Positions 1-14,040 of a DNA stretch of 64,000 bases are shown piece by piece (position 1 is the first letter of the stretch; every line of letters starts with the position of its first letter). Origin of the DNA: Haliotis rubra (Eukaryota); the NCBI RefSeq assembly GCF_003918875.1, contig NW_025764935.1:248001-312000 (forward strand). Reading direction: 5' to 3'. Below the pieces are notes generated by a model, which was not told the origin of the DNA, did not search any database, and worked only from the letters and a program-made list of their open reading frames with translations. The position numbers and the translations under genes were made by a program.

Positions 1-46
1 TCACTTCTTTGCACAGCATTTACTCCAACACTAGGAGCATTGATGC

Positions 47-288
47 CTGGGGTGGAAATAACTTTAAAATTGATAGTGTACTCCGGTACAGTGGCACATG
101 TAAAGTCACTTGCCCTAATATTTTTTCCACTATACCGACTGTTTTCTTGCTGATTTTTGTATATAAACAACATAATTAACATTGGAAAGGCAACTGGACA
201 CTGGTACAGTGTGATATACAAATTTGTTTGCCCAACAGAAAAAAACCACTTGACTCGGATGTCGGGCAATGGGTTATTTCCACCCCTG
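47..288. mobile_element. Short MITE, hAT-like termini
   Basis: 16-bp TIR cTGGGGTGGAAATAAC (47-62) / GTTATTTCCACCCCTG (273-288), one mismatch; no coding capacity; no clear 8-bp TSD. Confidence 0.6.
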
Positions 289-670
289 GATACACTTAAA
301 TGTTACAATCAGTGAAACCCTATAGGTTTTGTGCAGTAACATTAGTTATTCTCCTTCATTTGAAACTTGCGCAGTAGTTAACCGGAAATCAGTCTATAAA
401 TGAATTGGTGTGAAACCAACAAACGGCAAAGCAATGTGATGTAATTAACAATTGTATTCTAAAGTTACCTATGTTTACAAATAAATGCAAATCACTACAA
501 AGGTATTACAGTGGCATTACATAATAAGGACGGTATTATAAGAAAGTGATTGTGGCAATAAACGCAGATGGTAATATTCACCTCACTGAAACAAAGGTCA
601 AGTTTTCAGAAATAGACAGTTAAAAATGATCTCTACACAATTGGTGGTCTTGTAACTTCATGTAATGAGA

Positions 671-905
671 ACCTGTGAAGATCCGGGTTAGAATTGATCT
701 TCAGCAACCCATGCTTGTCGTAAGAAGTGACTAACGGGATCGGGTGGTCAGGCTGGCTGACTTGGTTGACACATGTCATGGTATCCCAATTGCGTAGATC
801 GATGCGCATGCTGTTGATCACTGGATTGTCTGATCCAGACTTGATTATTTACAGACCGCCATGATATAGCTGGAATATTGCTGAATGTGGCATTAAACAA
901 CAAAC
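671..905 (+). mobile_element. Short retroposon family A (no tRNA head), full-length copy
   Basis: Same ~240-bp sequence recurs at 4116, 20354, 34630 and 57495; ends in GCTGGAATATTGCTGA...TAAAC plus short tandem tail. Confidence 0.85.
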
Positions 906-3375
906 TCCGTTGTATGCCTGGAAGACCCGAGAAAATTCTCCAATCCAGTCGGTCAGAATATAGTGGAAAGGCCCCTAGGGTTGTAGTATGCTATACTACC
1001 TTCCAGTAACTACCAGAACTGTCTAAATATAGTTCACACCACTGCCTTTCTCTGACTATCCACATGTACAGTGTTTTACTCTTGGAACATTGTTACACAA
1101 TGAATAATACTGCCATATATCTTCATGTTGATGTTGAACAATTCGTGTATGTTTGGGGTTATTTTTAGGTAAGATGGTAATTCCAGAAACATGGCTATTA
1201 TTATTTGGTTAGCACATATATTGTACTTTATTGAAAGTAGTAGCAGATAAATTTACTGTGTCTAATATGTCAATGTTCCAGCAAACCATCTGCCGATGAA
1301 ATGAGGTGGGCAGATCAAAGAGCAACTGCATGAACAAGCACCTGTTCTTGGCATCAAGGATGAAGTCATCTTGTACCATCATGAAGCTGCCGGAAGCTGA
1401 TCATGACATGTGAATTGAAGAAATCCTTCACTTGTGGACTTGACTATTGTATGTGCTGCTCCTGAGTTCTTGATACAGTGTCATATTCAAACAAGGATTA
1501 GAGAAAGTGCATGTGATTCAGTGATCAATTTGCTGTTCCTCATATCACAGTGGAAGATGTACAGTAAAGGTAAGTTTTCTATTCTTTACACATGCATTGT
1601 TCTGAAACCAAGCATGAATGCAACACACTTTAGGATTGTAAGCCCGTAGAAGTGTGAAACTGGCCTATGTCATGTCAGTTTCCATGTGGCTCGGTTCGGG
1701 AACCAAGAAGATGTGGTTGAATGTCCAATGTTGAATTGGACTATCACATGGTGTGTTATCATCATTTAGTTTCTGAAATTGCATACTGAAGAGGTAAAGT
1801 GACAAACACCCATGACCCAAAGTTGTAGGATGGCTCACTATATAAAGCAAGACCTTGGTATTCCTACACCTACACTTCCAGAAACCTGTGAAGAACCTAC
1901 ATCGCCATACAAGAACGGATTGACAGGTATTTTACTGGAACTTCTCAGAGGTTGACATTTGGTCAGTCATGGCAAATGAGAGTAAATAGTATTCTTTTGA
2001 AATAATACATTCCCAAGTTCAGAAAATATTACATATTATGTTGCCAAATTTGCTATCCGTGAGATTTGGTTTTGAATTCATGATAAGTTCCTGATCAGTA
2101 TGCACCAGAGCTTACCTGACAAATGTGGGGCAGATGGTTCCGTTTCAAACCCAGAATAATTTCAGTTAAAATGCTCAATAATTACCTTACAGGTGGCCCT
2201 GATAGTTTGCTTGCCGATCGTAATGTGTCTGTCCCCGCAAACTTCTGATCCAAGAGAGACTTGTGAAAACTGGTCAACCCGTTATGTAGTATCTAGAGTT
2301 AACTCTTCTGCATCCAGAAAAAAATCGTCGCCGCCTCTTCAGGAAGAAGCATGCACTGATGAAAGACCAAAGTTAAATGATTCAAGTGCCACTCAAACTT
2401 TCTTATAACTTTTTGACGCAATATCTTGTGCAAGATCGCCAGATATGTTGATGCTTTGTTTGTTGAGAGATGTCTGTGACCAGTTGATCTTGATCTTTGA
2501 TGTTCCCTAATCATTCACTGTTGAGAGGATCAGGCAGCATGGTACAATCACTCGCTCTCTGTACTGTGTTCTGAAATGATTTGTCCACCATAAGTGATGA
2601 GTTTCGGTACTCATGAAATACATCAGTAGACATTGATATTTACATTGAAGGATAGCCTTCATTTAGTTGAGGTGTGTGCATGGTTCAGGGGGGATATTTG
2701 TAGTAATATAGTCATAACTCTAAACAAGTGTTTAGCATAAAAAAACATGACAGTTCCTTGTCAGCACCTGATTGTCAAAATGACATCCCCCCTCAGTTTG
2801 AGCACAAGATAAGTATGGCAGTTTGATCACATCAAAATGCATTAATATGATCCAGCTGGACTTGGTTTCTTTAAGTGGCATGCATCTTTAGTCACATCAT
2901 AAGCAGAAGGTTCAGATCAAACAATGGGCCAATTACATTGGAATTTCTGGCTCCAATATCTGTTCAAAGTACCCATGAAAATCCAGTCTTCAGCTACCCA
3001 TGCTTGTAAGTCAGACTTGCTCACACAGTTAATGCATGGCATTGTAGCCTAATTGTTTAGCTTGTTGCTTCTGTCAGTCACAGATCTGTATGGTTCAGGC
3101 TTCATTATGGACTGACTGGAATATCACCGTTTAAGCTTTAAACCAAAAGAAACATTGTTGAAAGGCATGTGCCAAGTATGCATGTATACTTGCAGAACTA
3201 TTCTCATGTACATTGGTCGATTGTAGAAAATGCAAGAATTCCACTACTTTAACAACCATTCTTGGCATCATGTTTGTCCATTTCAGATCAGTACTTTGAT
3301 ATTCGTCACAATATGGCTGAAATATTGCCAATGTAACCTTAAATCTAAAAACTCTCTCACTACTGTGATAATATA

Positions 3376-3790
3376 CTATTCACTCTTTGCTAAGGATCAT
3401 ATCATGGATTCAACAGAAAAGTATTATGTGGGGTCAAATTTGGTTTAAATACCTAAGCTTATTGTAAGCATGGATCCTAGGTTTCAGTGTGTCTTGCATC
3501 TTCTGGATCCCATACCTGCTATGAACAGATGTTATGTACTTGCCAATGACTTGTTCCATGATTTGCAAAATGGTTGATTGGTGCCATGAAAAACTCTTTG
3601 TATGGTTACTCATGTATCAAGTGCATTAGGTTAGATTAAGGCAGGGACCATATCGGTATATGGTCTCTGATTAAAGTGACTGTTTGCCTAATGAGGGGCT
3701 ACCATATTATTATCTATCCAGTTTTAAATGGATTAAATTGACTGTTTCAGTAAAGTTGTGAATTTTTGTGATCCTTAGCAAAGTGAGTAG
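3376..3790. mobile_element. MITE with CTACTCAC-CTTTGCTAAGGATCA TIRs, copy 1
   Basis: Inverted termini ctattcactctttgctaaggatca / tgatccttagcaaagtgagtag; colinear second copy at 28623-29015. Confidence 0.8.
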
Positions 3791-4115
3791 AATACACCAT
3801 GGCTGTCAAGGTAGATGATATCTTGTTATAGCATATCTTGTGCAACAGCTTTACTTTGTAGATCAACACCCCAAACAATGATGCACAATATCTAAAGCTG
3901 TGCAAGTGATCTTTTGATGGTATTGAAAGATGGTTCACTTACACATTTTTCCAATTCTGTAAAGTGGACATGGTGGATAGCCACCGTAATGAAGAGAATT
4001 ACAGGTTGTGTCATCTTTATTTATTTCAGTGTGTTGTATTCACACCAAGTACTCTGTGTACAACAACATTCCTTAATAGTTTTACTTTAGAAACACATTT
4101 TTCCGTATCCTGACG

Positions 4116-4322
4116 ACCCGTGAAGGTCTGGGTAGAATATTGATCTTCAGTAACCCATGCTTGTCGTAAGACTTGGTTGATGCATGTCATCGGTTCCCAA
4201 ATGCACAGATCGATGATCATGCTGTTGATCACTGGATTGTCTGGTCCAGACTCGATTACTTACAGACTGCCACCATATAGCTGGAATATTGCTGAGTGCA
4301 ATGTAAAACTAAACTCACTCAC
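4116..4322 (+). mobile_element. Short retroposon family A, internally deleted copy
   Basis: Starts ACCCGTGAAGG, ends TAAAACTAAACTCACTCAC; TATCCTGAC direct repeat on both flanks (TSD). Confidence 0.85.
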
Positions 4323-7300
4323 CTTATCCTGACTCATACTGTTTGCTTGAAACTGTCGGTAGGTGGTTGGCAGCCACTTATTATTTACTTCATTTACTGT
4401 TCATATAACCCCTAGGGAACTTCCAATCCTTTTGAAGATTCAAAGATTTCATGGATTGTAAGACTTGCATAGAATGATTCTTGCTTGTCTTAAGATGATC
4501 CAAGTGTTAAGAATAGGTCATTAACTTAACTAAATCATACTCAAGCTCTGAATCACAAAGTCAAACAGGCCTATGGACTCTGACAGGAGCCTGACTTTTA
4601 AGAGTCTATGTGATTGTGGGTGAGCATTATCTTGAAGGAACTGTTGTGCTACATCTTAAGGTCCAAATAAATGAATACCAGCAACATCTTCTGTAGCAAA
4701 ATCTCCTGAGATAATTCAGGGATTGCAATTTTCTGCTGATCCATGGATTTCCGCAGATTTTAATTCAAATTGTTCAATTGTGAATCGTCTAAATCCATTG
4801 AGAAACCCTCAACTCGATGACATAATATTAAGTTACCAGCTGAAAATAGATTTTCCTGTTGCCATCCCTGATAATTGTCAGCAAAAACAGTATCTGATTT
4901 ACAAAGACATCCTTCCATGATCATGGATGTGATCAATCAGTTGCAATGATGTAGTTGTTCCAGATATGTTGGATTTAGAGGTTTTTCATCTTGTTTACAT
5001 AGTACATCACATTCTTGAAAATATTTCTGCAAGAGGATATTCCAAGAATTGTATATTTTAGAACAGTATCTTTTTTTTTTCATTTTATGATACTTTGCCA
5101 TTTTTTTGAAGGCTACATCCTTAATCTAAATTAATGTATCAATAGAAGGTCCTCATTTTCTGCAGTATTTAACTGGAACATCAATCACTTTTCTTTAAGT
5201 TAACAACACTATTTCCAAATGTAGCAACATTATTGGCAAATAGAAGAATGGACAATGCATTTACAGCACAGTCAATAGAAGCTCCACTGAAATCATTCTT
5301 TACAATGTCTTCAACAAGTACATCAATGATGTACAGAATGAACCTTCCCCTGGGAAACTTTGGCTGGGGGTGGGGGGAGGTTTAGCCTAGACCAAACTTT
5401 CCCTGGGGTAGGAATATCCTATGACAAAACAGTGAAAAGTTAGGCCTAGGCCAGATTCTCCCCAAGGAAAGTTTAGACCAGGGAAGAAATGGCCTGCTAC
5501 ACCTGCAAGGTACCTTCTTTGCCTTTATTAAAGGGCAAGTTTACACAAAAATTAACCTTTTTTGTCTTGCACTTTTTCATCATAAAAAGTGTTTGTCAAG
5601 TAGTTTTATAGCCAAAACAGTACAAATATCAGAAGTAACTAATTTATTTTTTGTGTTATTTCGATTCACAATTTCCACATTAACCAAGAGTTCTATGTCT
5701 ACAATGAACACATCATGGCTAATGTACCTTGGAAATGTCATTGGTGCCCAATTGATAAATGAATGACGTTGTTAGACCTTATTAGACCCATTTCACATGG
5801 TGCAGGTATAGGTGTGGTTCTTGTGTCTGGATGTGCAGGCTCTTGTTTTAATCCACCTGTTGCCTGGCCGTCGGCTGGCTATGTGGTCAGATCCACACTG
5901 TGATGTTGCAATTTGAATAAACATATACATTGTACAAAAGTACCACATAACCAAATTGTATAACATTCAACCTGAATCGGTCATCTTTCCAACAGTATCT
6001 TCTTTCATCAGAACTAAATCGTATATGCACTACATCTAGCTAGCCATCAGTGAATGTGCCAGCATTCTATGTTTGGTACTTAATTCCCACAAATTGTACA
6101 ATATATGCCACTCCCCTTCAACCCTCACTGTCGAAACCATATTCAAATGCATCATGAAGGTAAATGCAATTTGCAGTTTTGAATTCTGTTTGAGATTCGT
6201 TTTTCTATATCTGCCGCTCATTGCAGGGCAAATTTACTGAAAATTACTTGCATCGTAACTCTCGCCAGTTTTGGCACATTACTGAATTACCATAATTTTG
6301 CATTTTGAATAATTTATAGTATGTCTTAATCTAAATGTTGAATTTTACTGGGACAATTGAATTAAAGAAACCCAACCCAAATCATTGTGATCAATACGCA
6401 AACAGGAACGGTGAAGTGAACTTTCTGCCAGAGTGTCATGTCACAAATATGTTGGTTATTTTTTCCCCATTACATCACAACTATAATTATTCAAAACCAA
6501 CCTCGTTACATGATTTTCTGAATTCCTCATAGTTAAAAATAAAATGACAAATAGTCTTTGTCACCAATACCAAGTGTCTCGGTGAAATCTAGCTAAATAT
6601 ATCAAATGCTGCTTTGGGAAAGGACCGCTTGTTTAAAATGTAAACAAAGCCAATCTCAGATTTCGACACTGTATACTGTCATACTGTGAGAGAGCCTTTC
6701 GCCTGCATGTTGCATACATTTGCTCATAAGTTTTAGAACATGCGTGGGAAGAGTATCATAGCAAGAGATGATAAAATATATAGGTGTATTCCGATTCAAC
6801 ACAATATATTATAGTTTCCGTAAGCGTCACGCCATTACTGACGCAAACTCGCGAGTAACGATGATGGTTCTTCTCATTTCTGACTATTGCCCTTGGTCGC
6901 AATGGAAACAAGCAGATTGTCAGAATGTTTTGGACTATTTACATGTCATGTTTATGCATATACGTTGGTGGAAAGAATGAAAATTTTCTTCCAAATATCC
7001 TGCATACTCCTGTTGGTGAATACACCATTTTGGGAAAGTTGCTTGGCGATAGTGATGTCATGCGTACGTCAACATTGTTATACATATTTGGTATTTTCAT
7101 TGAGGTAAGGTTATGAATGAAAATACACAATCATTTCTATCTTACTGCATACATGTTCAGTTGTAATGCTGCTTTTGTATTCTTATATACTTTTATCACA
7201 TGATTAATATCCGTATTATCTTTTGCTTTGGGACTAGACAAGTGACAGGTCTAAATCAATTGGCACCAATTACGTCATTTATATCAAAGGGTGGCAACTG

Positions 7301-8899
7301 TGGCAAACAAAGGCCTCATTATGGCATAACATTTCAGCACTTTTATTGAGGGTTCTACTTTTTATTGTAAGAAAATGAGTATATTTTCAAACATTGATAT
7401 TAACTAATAAATCAAACAAATAAATCATGTTTATTCTTGAGTGAAAAAAAATGGAATTTTTTAATTCCATTTTGTTTCACTCAAGAATAAACATGATTTA
7501 TTTGTGACCACTTCCCCTTTAACAACAAAGAGGGATCTTCTTTCTATCTTTGTCGCAGGCATTTTTAAAATCAATGAAAACTCCAAACATTGTTCAGGCA
7601 TCTTCTTTATATACGTATCTGATCCGTTATGCTGTAGTCTTTCCTGCACCTGGATTGAGATTAAAAAACATTCAAGAAAAGACCAAGGACGTCAAATTTG
7701 CAATTAAACATTGCTAGAAAAGATTATTTACCTATTCAGTTCTAATTTGTTTTTGCTAGGCATTGTCTTATATGCAGGGATTAAGATTAACATGTGTAAT
7801 TGTCTCGTATACAGCGCCGGAAATAGCAATCAGCTGTGCAGTGCACACGTTCCCCTACCTGTGACTTAGTTAAACTGTACCCAATAATATACCGAGATAA
7901 ATTCTGATGCAGTGATCTTGAAAATATAGTATCTGAAACTATTGTTTTATAAAGAGAAATATATTCTAGTACTGTCATTTTCATTGCAGGTTGTGCTCTA
8001 TAAATGTAAAATATTTATAATCATAACTAAGGTTATGCGACAGCGTTTTGGTGTATTGCCGGATAGTTTTTATGCATGGAACAATTTAACCTGTCACCGA
8101 TGAGGTTTCGCGCGATCTCGCTATTTCCACTGCGAAAGTAGTTTGTTGACATGTGATCGTCCAGGTACACTAATTATGACTTTTGGCGAAACAAAATCTA
8201 TGTGTATCCATTTACTGTTAACATCACTTCATTTCGAGACGTTAGAAGACGCAATATGTTAGTGATTGCTGTGAAGTAAGTACATTGTGTTAAGGAATTA
8301 CCGGTAGGCGAACATCTTGACTTCTTGATCACGTCATTTACATGGACCCTGAATAATTGCTTAAAAAAATGAGAGATGTCATTACGCCTGGAAAGCTTTG
8401 CACCTGCAGGGATCGAAATTCCCCTTATTTGCGTGCCGACGGCACGGGTAAATTGAAAATGGCACAGAAACAATTACTTCAACTTACCGTCTTGATTTTT
8501 TTAATAAAACTGACAAAATGTTTACTTTTTGACATTCTGACTACCAAAACGTATCCCAAATTGAAACCTTTCAACGTCTGTTATTTGTCATTCTCATGGG
8601 CGCCGCCATTTTGGTTTCAATTGGGCATGACAGGAGGTAACATGACGTCCTTCTTTGCATTCTGGGACAGGATGTTTACACCATGCGAAGATCTAGCTAA
8701 AATGTCCCAGAAGAAATACAAAACAATTTTTAAATTTCTTCAAACCCAGACAGGCCAAAATAAATGAAACCTCTGAAAGTGTTAACAGGCCTTCAACAGA
8801 GCCGACATGCACTGGTAGTAAGTGTAACTTATCTGCCACTACTGAAACTGAAACTGCTGATAGCGATGCTGAATGTGTCCAAACATGTATGACCGAAGA

Positions 8900-10760
8900 A
8901 GCCTAATCACTTTGTGACAGATTCACGAGGATTTAGAACAAGTAAACTGGAAAACCATGTGGCAAATGAACACATACTTGCACTTAGCGCCCAGTATGCT
9001 TCAGAAATTAAACCAGGCCAGTCAGAAATTGAAATTGAAAAGGGGATGATAAATCTTAATGAAAGAGACAGCAAAATAAAGCAAACTATTTGTAACTGCT
9101 TTCCACCTTGCACAACATGAAATGCCCTTTACAGAGTTTGTTGAACTTTTGAGACTTCAGACCGTGAATTTTGATGTAGATCTTATGAAAACTATTGTAA
9201 CGATAAACAGGCAAGAACATTTGTGAAGTTTATTGCACAAGACATTACAGACACAATTATGAATGATGTGAAAGGGGGCTGCTTTACAATTTTGTGTGAT
9301 GGTAGTACTGACAGTTCAGTGACTGAAGAGGAAATAATATATTTGAGATACATTGAGCAGGTTGAATGTAAACCAGTTACAAAGTTCTTGTGTGTTTTGG
9401 GGTTAGATGCCGCATGGGTATATGAAGCTATTGACAAAGCTTTGACAGAGATTGGAGATTTTCCTAACTGGAAAGACAAAGTTGTCTCTATTACGTCAGA
9501 CGGAGCACCAGTAATGATGGGCAGAAAAGGAGGGGTGGCGGCAAAATTAAGAAATGATGTCCCACATGTGATACCCATTCCATGTATCGCACACAGATTG
9601 GAGCTGGCCATGAAGAATGCTGGGATAGATCTGTCCTTGTTGAGTTCTCTTGACAAGCTCATGGAGGACGTCTAAAAGTTCTACCATTATTCTCCACTAA
9701 ACTGGACTGGACTACAGGAAACAGGAGAAGCCCTTAGCATTAAGGTGGTTAGGCCAGTGAACATATATGGTACAAGGTGGACAGGGCATAGACACAGAGC
9801 CCTGATGGCACTGAACACTGACTATATAGCTATCTACACACACTGTACTCAAATGAGCATGACCAACAGAGGTGACTCCAGAGCCAAAGCAAGGCACATA
9901 TTGGATCTTTCGAAGTCACTAGAGTTTGTCCTATTCATGCACTTGATGCTGTTTTACTTTGCAGCATGTGCCATGTTATCAGATGTTTTCCAGGACAATG
10001 ACACCTCCATTGATCTCATCCCAGTCAGGATTCATGCTGCCTGTGCCAAGATGACAGAAATTGATATGGATAAGATGGCTGTAGATTTTCTCAATGAGGA
10101 GGTAGTTGATAGTAAATACAAAACTGTACAACATGAAAAGAAAAGAGGGGCTGTTCCACTGAAGCTACTGTCATAAAAAAAGTCAAGACAGAGTTCAAAA
10201 CACTAACCAAAAACACAGCTGAAGCCTTGTATGGTAAGATTGCAGAGTTTGAAGGCAATAGTGGTGTGATGGAGGCCTTCCACATCTTCACTCCTGTAAG
10301 TTGGCCACAATATAAAGATTGTTTTGCTTCTTTTGGTAAGGAAGAAATAAAACAAATCACAAACCACTTCACAGAATACCTCAAGAAAAATGATATCTCC
10401 AAGGAGTCATGCCTCACTGAAATTCCAGATGTTCTCATGGGATGCCTCAGATCTCTTCAAGAGAACTCCAGACATTTCCTACATAGATCTTTGGTCTAAA
10501 GTGATGAGACAAGACAAAATGTACAAGAGGTACAGTAACATACTGTCCCTTGTACAGATATCTCTTGTTCTAGCTGTGTCCTCTGCTGAGTGTGACAGAG
10601 CTCACCCATGATTAGCATAGTAAAAACAGACTTGAGATCCAGGTTGAAGCCCCCACCCTCTCTCAACTCATGACAGTTGCCCAGTGCCAGACCCCACTTG
10701 CTGACTACAACCCCAGAGGGGCTATAGCAAGATAGATTGGGGTGGGGGTGGGTTAAAGGT
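8900..10760 (+). pseudogene. Decayed hAT transposase, ZNF862-like
   Basis: ORF fragments in order: LENHVANEH, ILCDGSTDSS, TSDGAPVMMGRKGGVAAKL, CIAHRLELA, GTRW, LAVSSAECDR (hATC dimerisation motif); several stops and frameshifts. Confidence 0.88.
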
Positions 10761-11689
10761 CTAAGGAGATGGACCCCTGCTTATGGCCTTCGGCTAGAAC
10801 TGCACCTTCCTCCACAGAGCTTGTGAATAGTGAAAGTAGCAACCACAGACAGCACTAGAACACTGCTTCTGTGGCTCTGATAGCGGCGATTTCAAATGAC
10901 AAACTGTCCAACTGTGGTACATTTGCCTAGACAAGCACATTGTACACACTTCCAGTGCACACATGTCAGGCGCCGGTTATTCCGCCTGTACCTGTAGCCA
11001 TCTAACAGAACTTGCTGCCCACCCCTTTCTGCGACGTGTAGTACTCTACCTTCTTTGGATTCGCCATGATTTGAACCAAACTATTCAGAAGTCCCATTTT
11101 ATTTCAACATGTTTCCTTCTCAAACTTACTCAGTACAAAATCTATTGCATGCTAAACAGAAGTAATTAAATTGCTTTTACATATATAGTTCTGTTGAGAA
11201 AGATAGACAAATTGTATTGAAAACAAGCGAAAAGGATACATAAGGCACTGCTTGTGCTGATATGATCAGATAATCTCTAGGAAGCTTTCATAGTGTACAC
11301 AGGTTAAACTCATTAGGGTGGAAGTGACCACTTGTGTGCAGGGAAGCATATGACTGCTGCTCACCTAAAACAACATACTCCGTAGCTATTATTGCCTGTA
11401 GGCATTTGTCACTGTAGGCATTAAGAAACCTAACCGTTCTACCCCTGCTAAAATGAACTTGACTAGTTAGCTGGTTAATTCTATGGTGTCTTCCCACTCT
11501 GCCTACAGAAGTTTAAAAAATGACAAGTGTTGGTTGGTAGGACATCTTTATTCATTCTGAGAATTCTCATACTTTACATGGAGACATGGATTTATCATGA
11601 AAAACTGATAGGTTTTACAGTCTTTCAGTGGTTTTACAGTCTTTTCACACTAAACTGACAATCACTTTGCAAACTTGATGAGATGTCCA

Positions 11690-12625
11690 GCAGCATCAAT
11701 GTACTGAAGAGGCGTTTTTCTGCCGCTCTAGAGGCGCTCCTTCAGTCTCAGAAGTCTCGCATCAAGCTCTCTGTAAACCCGCTTGCTTGCATGACTTGGG
11801 GAGGGCACCACAGTCGAGCTGAGCATGTTTAGCTTTGTCTACGGCTTCGATTTTCTTGATGTTGCAGATGAAGAGGTAGATGTTTGGGTGGGCTTTGGCA
11901 ATAAGGTTTTTCAGCTTCAGGTGCCACCCCTCAAGGTGGTTCACCCCTACTTTGTCCCTAACAACATCATTCAAAAACGTGAATAGTCTGACATAGGTAT
12001 CCCTCGTACGATTTGGCAACCACGCATGCACACATGGATACATATCCCCATTCACCATACAGTGAATGACGTACAGCTAATCCCATAGGGCTGGTGCAAC
12101 ATAGAAAGTTCCATCCATATACTACTTGTCGGCACTGTGGAGCATGTTTAGCATGTCCTCTGAAGCAAAAGCCAGTATCTTGTCATTGTCACCATCATCA
12201 ATGCACAAGAATTGCTGTCCATCTTTTGTCTGAGTCCATGGTCCTTGAGTTGAACATCAGCTAGAGACTTGGGTAGGTTTGGTAGAACTTTGCTTCTGTG
12301 CCGGTAGAAGGAGGACTTTACACTCGAACGATCATACAGACGCTGGGTCAGCAACCTCGGACAACTCTTCATCCTACAGCTGCCGAATGGATGTGACGTC
12401 CTCCTGTACAAGCTGACACCATCTGCTAAGGAGTTGAATCTCATCTTCAGATTCCACTGGGACATGGTTGTGCGGTGTTGTTGATTTCATGAAGTCTCCA
12501 GTTGTAGAACAGCGGCCTTTGCATTCAGAATGTAGACACTTCCAATGTGTTGTGGTCTGTCGTCTGATGTTGAGGTGATATCGGTACCCAGCAAAGAAAA
12601 CTGAACGCGTTGAACATTTGCCATT
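11690..12625 (-). pseudogene. Decayed MULE (Mutator-like) transposase with FLYWCH domain
   Basis: Minus-strand translation gives GYRYHLN..THWKC..CKGR..PHNH (FLYWCH), MDGTFYVAP..LYVIH..YPCVHAWLPNRT and NHLEGWH..HPNIYLFI; central part deleted. Confidence 0.85.
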
Positions 12626-13559
12626 GTGTGATGGATGCAGTTGGTTTCCCTTCTAATTTATTAGGAGTTTAATTAACTGAGAAGATGAGATCTTCTCAAC
12701 AATTTAGTCCTTACCATGTTTTTCGACATAATCTGACAAAGACAGACAAAGCCTGTAACAACATAGTTAAGACAAGCCTACCCAACTTGATCAAATAGGA
12801 TTAAGTTAATCCTGCTTTGGAGGTTAAAATATAAGCATGCTAACTGCTTCCCAAAACAATATAAAACAAATCATTGTACTTGTCTTGTAGTCTTTATTGG
12901 ATGAGAAGACTCAAAACATACTATACACAGAAGTAGATACACAGATGTATACTAATATAATCCCCCTAACTATCCCTTACTCCAAACGAAGCACCCCTTC
13001 TTCATTGATACTCGGGCTGTTCCATTATTCTACAGGGCAAAAAATCTTGTTGGCAGTTTGGGATGTAGGCAGTTTGGAAGTGTAGGCAGTATGGGACCTA
13101 ACCATTGAAAATAAGGGGGCTGGGACAGGACAACAGACAATGGACAACGTAAGCGCAAGAGTGACCGTGCTATTGTGAAAGTGAAGCAGGTTAGATTGAG
13201 TGGTTAAGCTAGGGCTAGACTTAGTGATTAAAATACAAATTAAAATACACTTGCTTATGTATTCATAATTACATACTCCTACATCAGCAAAGTCAAATTA
13301 AACACCCATGTGCGCACAAACTTAAAATGGGGTTGTTTATAATCGATGCTGCACTATTGGTTACATGCTGAGCATGAGTCTGAATCTCCTACTCACTCCC
13401 AGGCTCAATTTGCTGAGAACAAACTTTGAAGCTGAGAACAAATTTAAGTGTGAAGACTTGCTTGGAAACATGAGAATTCAAAGTAACTAGAAGTGCATCA
13501 CAGTAAGCAGATACTTAGGCTCCTTTATGTGGCCGAAGTTAGACAGGCAGATGTGCATA

Positions 13560-14040
13560 TTTGCATGCCATTAAGACTAAACAGTTTGCTGACTACCAGC
13601 CTTGGGTGGAAATGTTGGCAGTTCATGCGCACATTCAATAATATCTTTTGTACTTAAAACATATTCTTGGGATCTTTCAAGAGATTGTGAAGAATGTTCC
13701 CATTGACCAATATCTGTTATAAGAATTTAATTAACTGAGATTGTGTTGGATGATATTGTGGGCTGTTTGTGCATAGTGATACCCCAAAGGTGTGGATTGA
13801 ATTTTACCTTTCATTTATAGTAGTCACTCACTCACCTTTCGTTGGAAAGGAAGGAGATGTAATGTATAGAATGTGTTTGAAGACAGATTTTGTATCCCAT
13901 GGTGTAGATTTGGCATATAGGGCTTATATTGTCAGGGTCCCTGCCTTAATCATTTCCGAGACAGGTATCAGGTGTGATACTTGAAGTTGTTTTACTGGAA
14001 CATACACATTCAGGATGGTTATTCTGATACAAACTGTTAC
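13560..14040 (-). pseudogene. Possible very old LINE endonuclease (APE) relic
   Basis: Only weak motifs (ITILNVYVP; YAKSTPW resembling FNAxSxLW) across broken frames. Confidence 0.3.

Noticed and set aside
1170-2620. Exon-like segments with AG/GT boundaries (also 7460-7860, 28070-28345)
   Set aside because: Frames contain stops and no coherent spliced protein could be assembled.
5700-6220. Possible Ngaro/DIRS YR and SGNH-hydrolase relic on the minus strand (VWI, SRRPG, LGTNDI)
   Set aside because: Motifs are short and in broken frames; needs a translated HMM search.
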